Source of the DNA: a virus
Taxonomy: Duplodnaviria; Caudoviricetes
Length of the DNA: 32,023 nucleotides
Reading direction: 5' to 3' (one strand)
IMG/VR virus record: IMGVR_UViG_3300048599_000029
Span: 1 to 32,023 of that record
Part shown: positions 9,427-18,376 of the stretch, piece after piece
Position numbering within the stretch: position 1 is the stretch's first letter
Layout of the letters: every line of letters starts with the position of its first letter
The notes under the pieces: model-generated
The model's database searches: none
Seen by the model: the letters and a program-made list of their open reading frames with translations, nothing else
What the model was told of the DNA's origin: nothing
Program-made: the position numbers and the translations under genes

Positions 9427-10446
9427 TCAGGACAGGACGGTCGCCTTCAGCGACAGGTTCGCGTTCGCGAGGACCGGCATGCCGATGGCGTCGGAGACGA
9501 CCTCGGCGATGATCGGCGGCTTCTCGGAACGGAACGTGGCCGCCACGATGCCCGGCTGCTCGGCGTCCTCGATCTCCCACTCGGCTTCCTGGCTGGACAG
9601 CGTCTGCCCCCAGAAGGTCGCGCCGAGTTCGGTGTCCTCCCACGCGTTCGCGTCGACCGGTGCAGGCAGGAGCAGAAGCTCGTTGTCCGGCAGCACAACA
9701 CCGGCGGCCGTCTTGCGGGTGTACACCTCGATCGGCGGCAGGCCGGCGGCCTCCACGATCGCGTTGACATCACCCACCGTGGCCGGGCGGGAACCGCCAC
9801 CCACCAGGGACAGCTTGAACTCGTCGCCGGCGGCCATGACGCGCAGCACGCGCCGCGACATCACGATCTGCCCGGGAGCGACCCCGTTGGTGGCCTCGTA
9901 GGTGTCGCACCACGTCTGCAGGTCGGTCAGCCGGGACACCGACGTGGCCGAGGACCACAGAGTGCCTGCGGTGACGGTGTGCCCGCCGACACGGCCGAAA
10001 TCATCCGCGGTGGCCAGCTCGGGGATGGTCGCGATGCCAGTCCGCAGGACGATCCCGCGCAGCCGCTCCATGCGGTCCGCGACGGCGGTCGCGACCCGGG
10101 AGGCGGTGTTCAGGATCTCCTTCAGGATCGCGTCGTCGGGCGCGTTCCGGGTGCGCAGCTGGTCGTACTCGCCGACGATCAGCTCCTGGCCGATCGGCGG
10201 CAGTTCGAGCGTCACCCGCTTGCCGGACGGCTTCTTGCCGACGTTGACGGCGGCGTCGTAGGCCCGGAACTGCGCCTCGGGCACCAGGCCGAACTGGCCG
10301 GCGACGAATCGCACGACGATGTTCGGGACGGTCCGGTTGGGCAGGTAGCGGGCCAGGGAGCCCTTCCGCTTCTCGATGGCGGTCATCGACTCCCGGATGT
10401 ACCCGGTCAGGGTTGCCGGGTCGATCAGGTCGGTCCACAGAGCCAT
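9427..10446 (-). CDS. Major capsid protein (lambda E-like family)
   Basis: 339 aa, FRAYDA...ELPPIG...EYDQLR and C-terminal AIGMPVLAN; follows the scaffold and decoration genes. Confidence 0.9.
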   Translation of the reverse strand: MALWTDLIDPATLTGYIRESMTAIEKRKGSLARYLPNRTVPNIVVRFVAGQFGLVPEAQFRAYDAAVNVGKKPSGKRVTLELPPIGQELIVGEYDQLRTRNAPDDAILKEILNTASRVATAVADRMERLRGIVLRTGIATIPELATADDFGRVGGHTVTAGTLWSSATSVSRLTDLQTWCDTYEATNGVAPGQIVMSRRVLRVMAAGDEFKLSLVGGGSRPATVGDVNAIVEAAGLPPIEVYTRKTAAGVVLPDNELLLLPAPVDANAWEDTELGATFWGQTLSSQEAEWEIEDAEQPGIVAATFRSEKPPIIAEVVSDAIGMPVLANANLSLKATVLS

Positions 10447-10462
10447 GGTTCAGACCCCTTTC

Positions 10463-10852
10463 TCAGACGAAGACGATGGTCGTGGCGGCCTTCTTGGCCG
10501 CGGCGGCGGGGGCGGTGAAGCTGATCGGCAGGTTCGCCGTCACGACCCGGCCGCTGTCGTACAGCGGTGCGCCGAAGTCGGCGGCGCCGACGACGGGCTG
10601 GTCGGTCAGGATGAACCCGGCGAGCACTCCGGCTCCGGTCGTGGTGCCCTCGGTCGCGTCGTACGGGACGAGGACGCCGCCAACCTTGGCGACGGGCAGG
10701 CCGGACGGCAGGTAGCCGTTCGGGTAGTGGGTGCCGGCGGTGAACGTGGAGATGTCCACGATCTCGGTCCTGGCCGTGTGGATGCCGGGGGCTCCGGCGC
10801 CGATCCACGACTGGTCTCCGCCACCGAACGGTTCGGTCTTCATGCGAGGCAT
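10463..10852 (-). CDS. Head decoration protein
   Basis: 129 aa, HYPNGYLPSGLPVAK...PYD...LAGFILTD; between the scaffold and capsid genes. Confidence 0.8.
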   Translation of the reverse strand: MPRMKTEPFGGGDQSWIGAGAPGIHTARTEIVDISTFTAGTHYPNGYLPSGLPVAKVGGVLVPYDATEGTTTGAGVLAGFILTDQPVVGAADFGAPLYDSGRVVTANLPISFTAPAAAAKKAATTIVFV

Positions 10853-10866
10853 GGAGGTTTCCTTTC

Positions 10867-11463
10867 TCAGGTGGTCTTGGTGGGATGGGTGTCCCTGAAC
10901 AGGTCCCGGCCGGCAGCCACGCCGGTCGCCTTCACCCCGTCGCCGCCCTTGCCTTGGGAAGAGTCGGGCTTCGGGCTGCCTGGCTTCGCGCCGAGCAGTG
11001 CCTTGAGGTTGTCGGCGTCAGCTTCGAGTTCGGCCTTGGTCGAACCGTTCAACCGGCCGGCGAGCTTGAGGTCGATGCCCTTGTCGGCGGCGACCTCGTA
11101 CTTGAGCGCCTTCAGTTCGGCGCCGTCGGCGCGGGCCGTGGTCGCCTTCAGATCGTCGGCGGCCTTCTGCTCGGCGGTCTTGCCGGCATCCTCGACCTGC
11201 TTACGCAGGGCGGCGAGGTCGGCTTCTGCTTTGGCGCGAGCGTCGCGCTCGGCTTGCAGAGCCTTGAGCCCGGGCTCCTTCAGCGGATCGTCCGGCTTTG
11301 GTTCCGGCTTGTCCGGCTCCGGCTTGGGGTCAGGCTTCGGATCGTCCTTCGCAGGCTCGTCGGCCATCATTCGGAAGCCGGCGAGGCCCTGGTGGATCGC
11401 CCTGATCGCGGCGAAGTCTTCGGCGGAGATCTCGGGCAGGGTGAAGGTGAGTGGTTGGGACAT
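10867..11463 (-). CDS. Capsid scaffolding protein
   Basis: Likely start MSQPLTF at 11463. PKPD-rich linker, GLKALQAER coiled coil, RLNGSTKAELEADA and PKPDSSQG motifs. Confidence 0.85.
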   Translation of the reverse strand: MSQPLTFTLPEISAEDFAAIRAIHQGLAGFRMMADEPAKDDPKPDPKPEPDKPEPKPDDPLKEPGLKALQAERDARAKAEADLAALRKQVEDAGKTAEQKAADDLKATTARADGAELKALKYEVAADKGIDLKLAGRLNGSTKAELEADADNLKALLGAKPGSPKPDSSQGKGGDGVKATGVAAGRDLFRDTHPTKTT

Positions 11464-11474
11464 GTAGGGTTTCT

Positions 11475-11517
11475 CCGAATCGCTCGGTTGGTTGCCCGCC
11501 CACATCGCGTGGACGGG
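11475..11517 (-). promoter_or_regulatory. Tandem GCGAU-loop hairpins in the scaffold leader
   Basis: CCCGUCCAC-GCGAU-GUGGGCGGG, then CCGA-GCGAU-UCGG overlapping the GGAG RBS. Confidence 0.65.
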
Positions 11518-11520
11518 AAG

Positions 11521-12510
11521 CTATGCGACGGACCGGGCCAGCGACCTCAGGTCTCCGACGAGGTAGCCGTTCTCCGTGAGCAGCCGGATCGCCTTCTGGC
11601 GGTCGTCCCCGGCCTGCTGGTAGATGGCCTCTGGAGTGAGGCGCCGTGGGGTGCGGGCCACGTTGCGGGTGCCATGGCTCCGTGCGACCGTCTCGACGGT
11701 TGCGGTGCCGCGCTCGGTATCGATCGACCGGCGGACGTGGGACGCCCAGCCGCGTCTAGTGGTGCCCTCGGTGGTGGTCATCATCTTGTCCCGGCCGGAC
11801 ATGCGTTCCCGGTAGGCGTTGACGACCTGGTTCAGGTCGGCGCCGTCCTCGACGGCGCGGCGTTGCGCGTCGGTCAGGTCGTGGATTTGGTCGAGGCTGA
11901 CGGTCTCGGTGTAGCCGTCGGGTGGTTCCCGGTCGGAGACGGGCCGCATCTGGCAGTCGCACCGGAAGTGGCGCTGGAAGCCGTGGCTGAATCGGTAGAC
12001 GCGTCCGGCGAGGATGGCGCACCGCTGGCAGCACGGCGGGTTCACGTATCGCACCCAGCCGGTGTTGCGGGTCGCGGTGATCGCCACCCCGGCAGCGCCG
12101 CGGCCGGCGTCGGAGATCTGCCGCTGCAGCAGCAGGTCCAGGAAGTTCTGACCCGCGGCCATCTGCACCGGTATCTGCATGCCGGCGTCCTGGGCGATGC
12201 TGGGAGTGAGCCACAGCAGCGACTCCAGCGACCGGCCGTCGGAGGCCCATCCGGCGAACGCCGATGGGTTGACCCGGGCAAGCGACCGCTCCGGGTACCC
12301 GGTCTCGGCCAGCGCCGCCGGAACCATTGCGGCACCGTCGCGGGCGGAGCCGAGTTGCGCCGACATGACCAGGGCCAGCAGGCGGTTCGCGATCCGGCCG
12401 AAATCGTCCGGCTTCGACAGCTTCGACCATTCGCCGCGGGCTGCGAGAATCGCCGCCGCCGTCCGACGCTGCTGCGCGGCGTACAGATCAGCTACCGACC
12501 TGGGAACCAC
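11521..12510 (-). CDS. Minor capsid / head morphogenesis protein (MuF-like)
   Basis: 329 aa, GWVRYVNPPCCQRCAILAGR...FQRHFRCDC and RLTPEAIY motifs; follows the portal gene. Confidence 0.8.
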   Translation of the reverse strand: MVPRSVADLYAAQQRRTAAAILAARGEWSKLSKPDDFGRIANRLLALVMSAQLGSARDGAAMVPAALAETGYPERSLARVNPSAFAGWASDGRSLESLLWLTPSIAQDAGMQIPVQMAAGQNFLDLLLQRQISDAGRGAAGVAITATRNTGWVRYVNPPCCQRCAILAGRVYRFSHGFQRHFRCDCQMRPVSDREPPDGYTETVSLDQIHDLTDAQRRAVEDGADLNQVVNAYRERMSGRDKMMTTTEGTTRRGWASHVRRSIDTERGTATVETVARSHGTRNVARTPRRLTPEAIYQQAGDDRQKAIRLLTENGYLVGDLRSLARSVA

Positions 12511-13852
12511 TGAGCTTGTCCATCATCGACTGGATCACCGGGTCGGTCGCCTCCTCGGCGAGCCGGGCCTTCTCCTGCTGTTTGCGGGCCTCGTCCCAGC
12601 CGAGCTCGTCCCAGATGCCCTCGATCGAGAGGGCACCGACCTGGCGGAGCTTCACCGCCCCGTCCGCGGTCTGCGCGTACGTGGGGGTCCCCGGGTCGTG
12701 CCACAGTGTGCGGATCGAGTTCGGCGCGCCCCACTTCCCGGTGCGGAAGCGCTCCTCGAGACCCATCGCCCAGGCCCACGAGTCGCCGTCGAACGTGTTC
12801 ATCCACTCGACGTTGGTGATCAGCCGCGCCTCGTCGGCGCGGATCGCGCCCTCGGTTGGAGGGTTCACCGACGCCTGCCCTGCATACCGGGTGGGCAGGC
12901 CGAGAACGGCGGCACACCATGCGAGCATGTTGTTGACGCTGTCGTGGAAGTTCTTCAGGTCCGAGGCGGAGAACTGGCCGAACTTGGCGTCCTGGTTCTC
13001 GGTCGCCCTGATCGCGGTGAAGTATGCCTCCCAGACCGGGAGCATCTTGCCGTGCTCGTCCACGAAGTCGCCCTTCGAAACACCGGCGGCCCACCTGGAC
13101 GGGACGGCGTGTGTCTCGGACGCCACACCCATGTTGGTCACCATCCGCGCGATCGCGTCGGTCGGGCCCATCACGTCGGCCATCTCCGACGTGCCCTGCC
13201 ACGACCCGGAGCGGCGCCGGTTGAAGAACCCGATCACCGGCACGACCCCGAGTTCATGATCGTCGCGGTCGGTGATCTCCCAACCGTTGACGGTGCGCTG
13301 CAGGTGGATCGTCGCATCGGGCAGGTACAGCGTCCCGAACGTCACCTTCTGATCTGCGTCGCGGTACTTCCTCAGCGCCTGGGTAACGACCCGGCGGCGG
13401 GCGTCGACGTCACAGGCCAGGTTCCGCGGGTCCTCGGTCGTGATCAGCGGATGATCCTGATCGTCGGCGTTGGCCCCCACCATCACCCAGGTACGGCCGA
13501 AGATACGGGTCTCCTTGTGCGTCAGTGACGATTCGGAGGCCAGGTTGTTGTACTCCCACGCCTCGCGCAGCGTCGGATCCTCCTTGGTGGAGTCACCGAT
13601 CCGGTAGAAGGCGCGGATCCGCTGCCGACGCACCGGCTCATCAACGGCCATCCGTGGCACGTTCAGGATCCAGCCGAACTTCGCCAGCTCCGGCGGCAGG
13701 GCGATGCCCATGTATTCGACCCGCTGCGCCGCCTCGTAGTAGTTCGACAGAGTGTTGAGCCGCTTGAAGTCGCGGCGGATCTTCGACTCCAGCCGGGCGA
13801 CGGCCTTCTTCTCGTCGTCGGAGAGCACCGAAGCGCGGAGCAGGGTCGCCAT
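12488..13852 (-). CDS. Portal protein (SPP1 gp6-like)
   Basis: Start MATLLR at 13852 after GGAGG, 454 aa, HELGVVPVIGFFNRRR...GTSEM and WHDPGTPT motifs. Confidence 0.9.
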   Translation of the reverse strand: MATLLRASVLSDDEKKAVARLESKIRRDFKRLNTLSNYYEAAQRVEYMGIALPPELAKFGWILNVPRMAVDEPVRRQRIRAFYRIGDSTKEDPTLREAWEYNNLASESSLTHKETRIFGRTWVMVGANADDQDHPLITTEDPRNLACDVDARRRVVTQALRKYRDADQKVTFGTLYLPDATIHLQRTVNGWEITDRDDHELGVVPVIGFFNRRRSGSWQGTSEMADVMGPTDAIARMVTNMGVASETHAVPSRWAAGVSKGDFVDEHGKMLPVWEAYFTAIRATENQDAKFGQFSASDLKNFHDSVNNMLAWCAAVLGLPTRYAGQASVNPPTEGAIRADEARLITNVEWMNTFDGDSWAWAMGLEERFRTGKWGAPNSIRTLWHDPGTPTYAQTADGAVKLRQVGALSIEGIWDELGWDEARKQQEKARLAEEATDPVIQSMMDKLSGSQVGS

Positions 13853-13860
13853 CAGCCCTC

Positions 13861-15516
13861 CTATCGTCGGAAGTGGAACACGCGGGTGTCGATGGGTTTG
13901 CCCCAGCCGGCGGTGATCGCATCTGCCCGGGCCTCGTAGGCGAGCGCGTCGCTGGCGACAGCGTCGATCTTGCGGGGCGAGTTCGGGTACTCCTTGCGGA
14001 CCAGGACCAGCGAACCCTTCTTGCGCTGATAGGCGTTGCCGTAGTGAGCCAGCACCGCCGGGTCCGTCGCCTGTCGTGTCGCCTTCTTGATGATGTCGAC
14101 TCGGAGGCGGTCCAGCGCCGCAGCCATCGGTGTGTCCCTCGATGTTGGCCACGGAACCACGACCTCGTCGCCGAACTCGCGGGCAAGGTCGTCGACATCC
14201 GTGCGCCACTCATGAGGGTCGCAGTAGGCGCGGGACACGGAGTAACGGTTGATCGCCCAACGGAACGCGTCCAGAACCTCGGCCCGGGGAACCTCCCAGC
14301 CCGCGCCGGAGGCCCCGTCCGGCTTCTCCCAGATGCCGATCGTGAACCGCAAGCCGTCGGACATCCGGCAGCCGCGCAGGACCGTCGAGTCGTCGTTCAG
14401 CGAGCCGTCCAGACCCATCGAGATCGCAGTTCCGGCCTCCGGCATCCAGTGCGTCTGACCGAACAGTTCGACCTGAGACAGGCCATCGGTGGTCTCGACA
14501 GCCTCGACCAGCGTCTTCGAGATCCACGCGTCGGAGCCGGCCATCGAGCGGTTCAGGTAGTAGCGGGCGGCCTCAGCCTCGTCGCGACACTCGTTCGGGT
14601 CGAGCATCGTCCGGTAGACATCCTCGGGGTCCATCCAGCCGGTGACCGGGTCCATCGCCGGGCCGTACACCTCACGCAGTTGGCGGATCGTGCGGTCCTT
14701 GTCGAGGATGTCGATCTTGCCCTTGGCCTCGCGGTGGTGGACGAGCCATGTCTTGTCGAGTTTGCCCTGCTTGTAGAGCTTTTCCAGCGTCTCCCACACC
14801 GACAACTCGCCCAGCTTGCATGCCGTCGTCGTCAGCAACGCCCACGGTTCGGCGGACTTCCGCTTCGGCAGGTTCCGCATCACCGTCGCGTACATGTTCC
14901 GTAACTCGGGCAGCACGTACAGGTGGACCTCGTCCGGGACAACGAACGTCTCCTTGCCGCCGTCCTTCGACGCCGAGCCAGAGGATGACGACCGGCATTC
15001 CCCGCCGTCCGGCAGGTACACGTTCTGCGCCGATCGATAATCGCCGATGCCGCGGATGCCGCCGTAGATCTCCGGGTGGGTGTCATGGCCCCACTCGCCC
15101 ATCACGAACGCCAGGTTCTGGAACGTGTTGCCCGACTGCTTCTCCTCGGTCGCCAAGCACCGGATGAACGGGGACTTCACCGGCCTGCCGACCGGCTGCC
15201 CGTCGGCGTCCCAGCCGTCGAACCGGACCGGCGCCAACGCCTCGGCGACGCCGATCAGTCCGGCCCGCTCCGACTTCGCCCGACCCTTCGGCTCCGAGTC
15301 CACCGCCCGCTTGATCAGCCGGCGGCCCGTCACCGGATCGAGCTCGTAGCAGTCGATGATCAGCTGCTCGAACTCCGGATCGGTCCGTAGATCGAGCGGC
15401 TCACCCTGCACATCACCAGGGCCGTGGCAGGTGAAATCCTCCAACCACGGGATCAGCTCATACCCCAGCGAGCACTTCTGCCCCTCGAACGCGGGCCGGA
15501 AGCCCGCCACCATCAC
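13861..15516 (-). CDS. terL: Terminase large subunit
   Basis: 551 aa, Walker A-like PKGRAKSE, Walker B VPDEVH, nuclease motifs GLDGSLNDDST and RKIDAVA. Confidence 0.93.
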   Translation of the reverse strand: MMVAGFRPAFEGQKCSLGYELIPWLEDFTCHGPGDVQGEPLDLRTDPEFEQLIIDCYELDPVTGRRLIKRAVDSEPKGRAKSERAGLIGVAEALAPVRFDGWDADGQPVGRPVKSPFIRCLATEEKQSGNTFQNLAFVMGEWGHDTHPEIYGGIRGIGDYRSAQNVYLPDGGECRSSSSGSASKDGGKETFVVPDEVHLYVLPELRNMYATVMRNLPKRKSAEPWALLTTTACKLGELSVWETLEKLYKQGKLDKTWLVHHREAKGKIDILDKDRTIRQLREVYGPAMDPVTGWMDPEDVYRTMLDPNECRDEAEAARYYLNRSMAGSDAWISKTLVEAVETTDGLSQVELFGQTHWMPEAGTAISMGLDGSLNDDSTVLRGCRMSDGLRFTIGIWEKPDGASGAGWEVPRAEVLDAFRWAINRYSVSRAYCDPHEWRTDVDDLAREFGDEVVVPWPTSRDTPMAAALDRLRVDIIKKATRQATDPAVLAHYGNAYQRKKGSLVLVRKEYPNSPRKIDAVASDALAYEARADAITAGWGKPIDTRVFHFRR

Positions 15517-15950
15517 GCTCCCCAGCGCTGCTTCGCCCGGGTGCTCGCCGTGTCAGCGCCGCCCGGGATCGACGGCTTCTGCGCACCCCGAGGCCCGCGA
15601 TACTGCGGCTTCTTCCCGGTCTGGGAGTCCGGCAGCCGCAGCGCTGCCAAGAGCTGCTTCAGTAGGTTCGCGGTCGCATTGGCCTGAGCGATCACGGCAT
15701 CGAAGCGGACATCGACCTTGACGTTGCGCTCCTCGTCTTCGCTGAACAGATCCGTCAGACGGAACCGCATCAGGTTCAACACGCCCTTGCCGTGGATGAT
15801 CGAGTCGAACTCGTCCAGCCGATCCTTGGCCCGGCAAGCCTCTTCGAGCTGCACCAGCTGGGGGGCGTCGAGTTCGTGGTCGGAAACAATCGCGGACCAC
15901 AACTTCCGGCCGCCCGGAGCCAGGCCCTGCGGAGCCTTCTGAACTGCCAT
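15513..15950 (-). CDS. terS: Terminase small subunit
   Basis: Start MAVQKAP at 15950 after AGGAGG. GRKLW...LEEACRAKDRLD...LLAALRLPD pattern; overlaps the terL start. Confidence 0.85.
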   Translation of the reverse strand: MAVQKAPQGLAPGGRKLWSAIVSDHELDAPQLVQLEEACRAKDRLDEFDSIIHGKGVLNLMRFRLTDLFSEDEERNVKVDVRFDAVIAQANATANLLKQLLAALRLPDSQTGKKPQYRGPRGAQKPSIPGGADTASTRAKQRWGA

Positions 15951-15960
15951 CGTTCCTCCT

Positions 15961-16007
15961 CGGCATCGCGCCGGCTTGGGGGAGACCCCGGGCATCGCGC
16001 CCAAGGT
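15961..16007 (-). promoter_or_regulatory. Tandem GCGAU-loop hairpins in the small terminase leader
   Basis: ACCUUGGGC-GCGAU-GCCCGGGGU, then CGGC-GCGAU-GCCG abutting the AGGAGG RBS. Confidence 0.65.
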
Positions 16008-16096
16008 GAAATGTCGACAAACTCAGCCCTGTGGACTGCGAGGCACCTCACCAGCGGTCTATCTGACTCGGGCTTTCGCCCCCACCCCCCGGGGTG
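16008..16096 (-). other. Probable cos / packaging initiation region
   Basis: Non-coding gap between the packaging HNH and terS, with a G-rich tract followed by GACCGCTGGTGAGG. This is the usual location of cos in HNH-terS phages; the exact cut site cannot be determined from sequence. Confidence 0.5.
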
Positions 16097-16429
16097 TCAG
16101 AGGCCGTGGGATGCCTTGCCGGCCGCGCTGAGGTTGCACTGTTCGTGGCTGAATCCGCGGTAGCCGGCGCGGTCGTCGGTGTGGTCTGGCGAGAAGCGCT
16201 GTCCGGGCAGGATCGGCTCGGGGCAGCGGCAGCAGAGGACGAGGGCGCCTGCCTCGATCAGCGCTTCGCCGCGTCGTTTCTCAGCTTGGTGGTCGGCGCC
16301 GTAGCCTCGCTCGGTGCTGGTGCCGCGCGCTCGGTTTAGTTCGCGCCGATGCTGGTCGCATAGTCCGCGGTATGCGCCCGCCTCGACGAGGGTGGGGCAT
16401 CCAGGGACTGGGCACACTCGCTTGGCCAT
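16097..16429 (-). CDS. Packaging-associated HNH endonuclease
   Basis: 110 aa, CPVPGC...CDQH...RGYGADH...CCRC...DH...HEQCN; immediately upstream of terS. Confidence 0.85.
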   Translation of the reverse strand: MAKRVCPVPGCPTLVEAGAYRGLCDQHRRELNRARGTSTERGYGADHQAEKRRGEALIEAGALVLCCRCPEPILPGQRFSPDHTDDRAGYRGFSHEQCNLSAAGKASHGL

Positions 16430-16547
16430 GCTCTCGTCCCCATCTCGGCGTTCCCCGCACGTCCTGGTTCGCCGTGGCGTTCAGCCGTCCGTGGGCTGGG
16501 TGTGGTTGGTGCGGTGCTGCGGGATGGGGACGGGAGTCTGTGGTTGC

Positions 16548-16597
16548 CGAGAGCGGTCGGCCAAGGCTGCTGCAACCAGTCCGGACGACCGCTCTCG
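16548..16597. repeat. 12-bp inverted repeat in the late leader
   Basis: CGAGAGCGGTCG ... CGACCGCTCTCG enclosing a smaller GGUUG-CAG-CAGCC hairpin (minus strand). Confidence 0.7.
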
Positions 16598-16707
16598 CGC
16601 CGTGCAGGACGGTGGTGCACTGGCGCCGCCCGTTGTCTCCCGGCGCGAGAGCCCGTGGCGTTCGCGGTGGGATGTTGTGCCCTCACGTGGAGAGGCGGCC
16701 GGGGCGT

Positions 16708-16738
16708 AGCAAAGGCCCGGGCGGATCGCCTCGGACCT
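16708..16738 (-). terminator. Intrinsic terminator-like hairpin just downstream of the putative late promoter
   Basis: AGGUCCG-A-GGCG-AUC-CGCC-CGGGCCU followed by UUGCU. Confidence 0.5.
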
Positions 16739-16767
16739 GGATGCGGAGATACGTCGTCCGCGTCTTT

Positions 16768-16797
16768 ATTGTCACACCTAGCGCTGCCGGATTTCAA
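16768..16797 (-). promoter_or_regulatory. Putative sigma-A-type late promoter
   Basis: TTGAAA-18 nt-GACAAT with TG at the extended -10 position, in a local AT-rich patch at the early/late boundary. Confidence 0.45.
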
Positions 16798-17630
16798 GCG
16801 CGGTCCCTTCTGAGCGTGTCGTCGGCGAGTCTGAGCACGTCGAGCGGGTGGTACAGGTGGCGTTGTCCGCGCATGATCGGCTTGCCTTGGTTGTCCTTAG
16901 CAGGCTCCAACTGCTCGCGTTCGACCCACTTCCGGATCCGCTCCGGCATCACCCCGAACGCGGCGAAGGCGTACGCGTCCATCGGCTGCTCGTTGGCCAA
17001 TGCGGTGCGGTGGTCCATCCGGTCGTCGCGGACGGTGGTGCCACAGTCGGCGCAGGCGAAGAACGCGCCTTCGTCGCGCATCCTCGCCCCGCATGCGCAG
17101 CGGGGCCGGTATTCGGCCCGGTTCTCCCCGATCGGGTGGGAGAGTTGGCGCCACAGCCGATTGACGTCGGCGGCGAGTTCGTCGATCCACTGCTGCCCGG
17201 TGATCCAGTCGAGGTGCCGGGTCAGCCAGCCGGTCTCGGACACGATGGTGGGCGGGTTGGCAGGTTCATCGTGCTCGTGGCCAGCGTCCCACATTTCCCC
17301 GTCGGCGAGCCGAACCCACAGCGCGAGCTCGGGCAGGACGCCGAGACGGTCGTTGTCGCCGCGTTCCCATGGCCGTTCGCTGTCGTCCCGCACACGGCGG
17401 TAGTCGTCTAGATCGTTGGCGGAAGGGTTCTTGGCGCGCGCGTCGAGCAGGTCGAGCAGGGCCAGGTTGACGGGTGCCGGCGGGTCGGCGCGCTTGCCGG
17501 TCTGCCCGCCACTGGGTGCACGCCGAGGCATGACGGTGGCGGCCATGGTCCCGGCGAGCGCGTACAGGTCGGGGATGTCGAGCAGGTGTCGACGCAGCGT
17601 CTCAGTCTTGGCTTGGGTCCAGTCGGTCAC
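16794..17630 (-). CDS. Putative late transcriptional regulator (Zn ribbon plus C-terminal HTH-like region)
   Basis: 278 aa, CACG...CADCG, then ERIRKWVEREQL...LYHPLDV (MerR/Xis-like); last gene before the late leader. Confidence 0.6.
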   Translation of the reverse strand: MTDWTQAKTETLRRHLLDIPDLYALAGTMAATVMPRRAPSGGQTGKRADPPAPVNLALLDLLDARAKNPSANDLDDYRRVRDDSERPWERGDNDRLGVLPELALWVRLADGEMWDAGHEHDEPANPPTIVSETGWLTRHLDWITGQQWIDELAADVNRLWRQLSHPIGENRAEYRPRCACGARMRDEGAFFACADCGTTVRDDRMDHRTALANEQPMDAYAFAAFGVMPERIRKWVEREQLEPAKDNQGKPIMRGQRHLYHPLDVLRLADDTLRRDRA

Positions 17631-17797
17631 GCGTCTTCCCCCATCGCTTGGCGGATGGCGGAGTCCTTGGCCAACTCCAGCAGCCCGAGAACGGTGACCA
17701 GTGGTGTGTCGGGCGGCTCGATTAGCAGGCCGGTGGTCGGCTGGCCGTCGTCCTCGATGTCCTGGGTGATGGTGACCCTCGCCAGTTCGATGCTCAC
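17627..17797 (-). CDS. Hypothetical protein (56 aa)
   Basis: GTG at 17797 with GTGA overlaps at both ends and an AGGAGG RBS. Confidence 0.65.
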   Translation of the reverse strand: MSIELARVTITQDIEDDGQPTTGLLIEPPDTPLVTVLGLLELAKDSAIRQAMGEDA

Positions 17798-18021
17798 TGG
17801 TCCTCCTCGATGGGCTGCATGCCGGATACGACGACGCTGAACATGCGTTCGGTGTCGTCGTCTGTGACCAGCCAGTACGGCTTGATCTCGATCTGGGGGT
17901 CGGGTCCGCACTGGTCCATCCAGGCCATGACGAACGCCCACGCGTCGGTGATCTCCTGAACCGTGGTGGCGTAGCGGACGGTGCGCTCGATCGGGGTTGC
18001 GGCGGTGCGACGGTGGGTCAC
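17794..18021 (-). CDS. Hypothetical protein (75 aa)
   Basis: GTGA-coupled, AGGAGG RBS. Confidence 0.65.
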   Translation of the reverse strand: MTHRRTAATPIERTVRYATTVQEITDAWAFVMAWMDQCGPDPQIEIKPYWLVTDDDTERMFSVVVSGMQPIEEDQ

Positions 18022-18266
18022 TGGTCCTCCTCGATGTGGCAGGGGTGGTTGGGCAGGAGTGGGCTGTCAAGCTGCTCTTGTGGCCGGATGTCGACCCAGC
18101 AGGCGCGGACGAGTCCGAAGGTCGCTAGCCGCAGCCCGATCAGCGTGCCTTCGACGGTGACTTTCGGCGCGTCCCAGTCGGTGCCGGGCTGGTGCAGGTC
18201 GGGGATGCGGATGCGGCATCCGAGGTGGCGGACGGTCAGGTCTCCGATGATCCGGACGGTGCTCAC
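18018..18266 (-). CDS. Hypothetical protein (82 aa)
   Basis: Fits the gene chain and is coupled to the next gene. Confidence 0.6.
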   Translation of the reverse strand: MSTVRIIGDLTVRHLGCRIRIPDLHQPGTDWDAPKVTVEGTLIGLRLATFGLVRACWVDIRPQEQLDSPLLPNHPCHIEEDQ

Positions 18267-18271
18267 TGCTG

Positions 18272-18376
18272 CTACCCCTTCGCTCTCTTGCGCTTCTCGG
18301 CCAGCTCACGCCATTGACGGATGAGCCGCGCCTTCTTGGCTTCTCGGACGCGGCGGTTGGGATTGGGGCGGGTCAC
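18272..18376 (-). CDS. Small basic protein (34 aa)
   Basis: GTG at 18376 overlapping the upstream TGA; MTRPNPNRRVREAKKARLIRQWRELAEKRKRAKG. Confidence 0.45.
   Translation of the reverse strand: MTRPNPNRRVREAKKARLIRQWRELAEKRKRAKG

Noticed and set aside
11290-11350. Low-complexity repeat in the scaffold gene
   Set aside because: Encodes an ordinary PKPD/PEPD linker typical of scaffolding proteins.
11521-12510. MuF-fused toxin domain
   Set aside because: The protein ends shortly after the conserved RLTPEAIY region, with no extra C-terminal domain.
16430-16793. tRNA or protein gene in the late leader
   Set aside because: No cloverleaf with a T-loop consensus found by eye; the overlapping ORFs lack an RBS and motifs.
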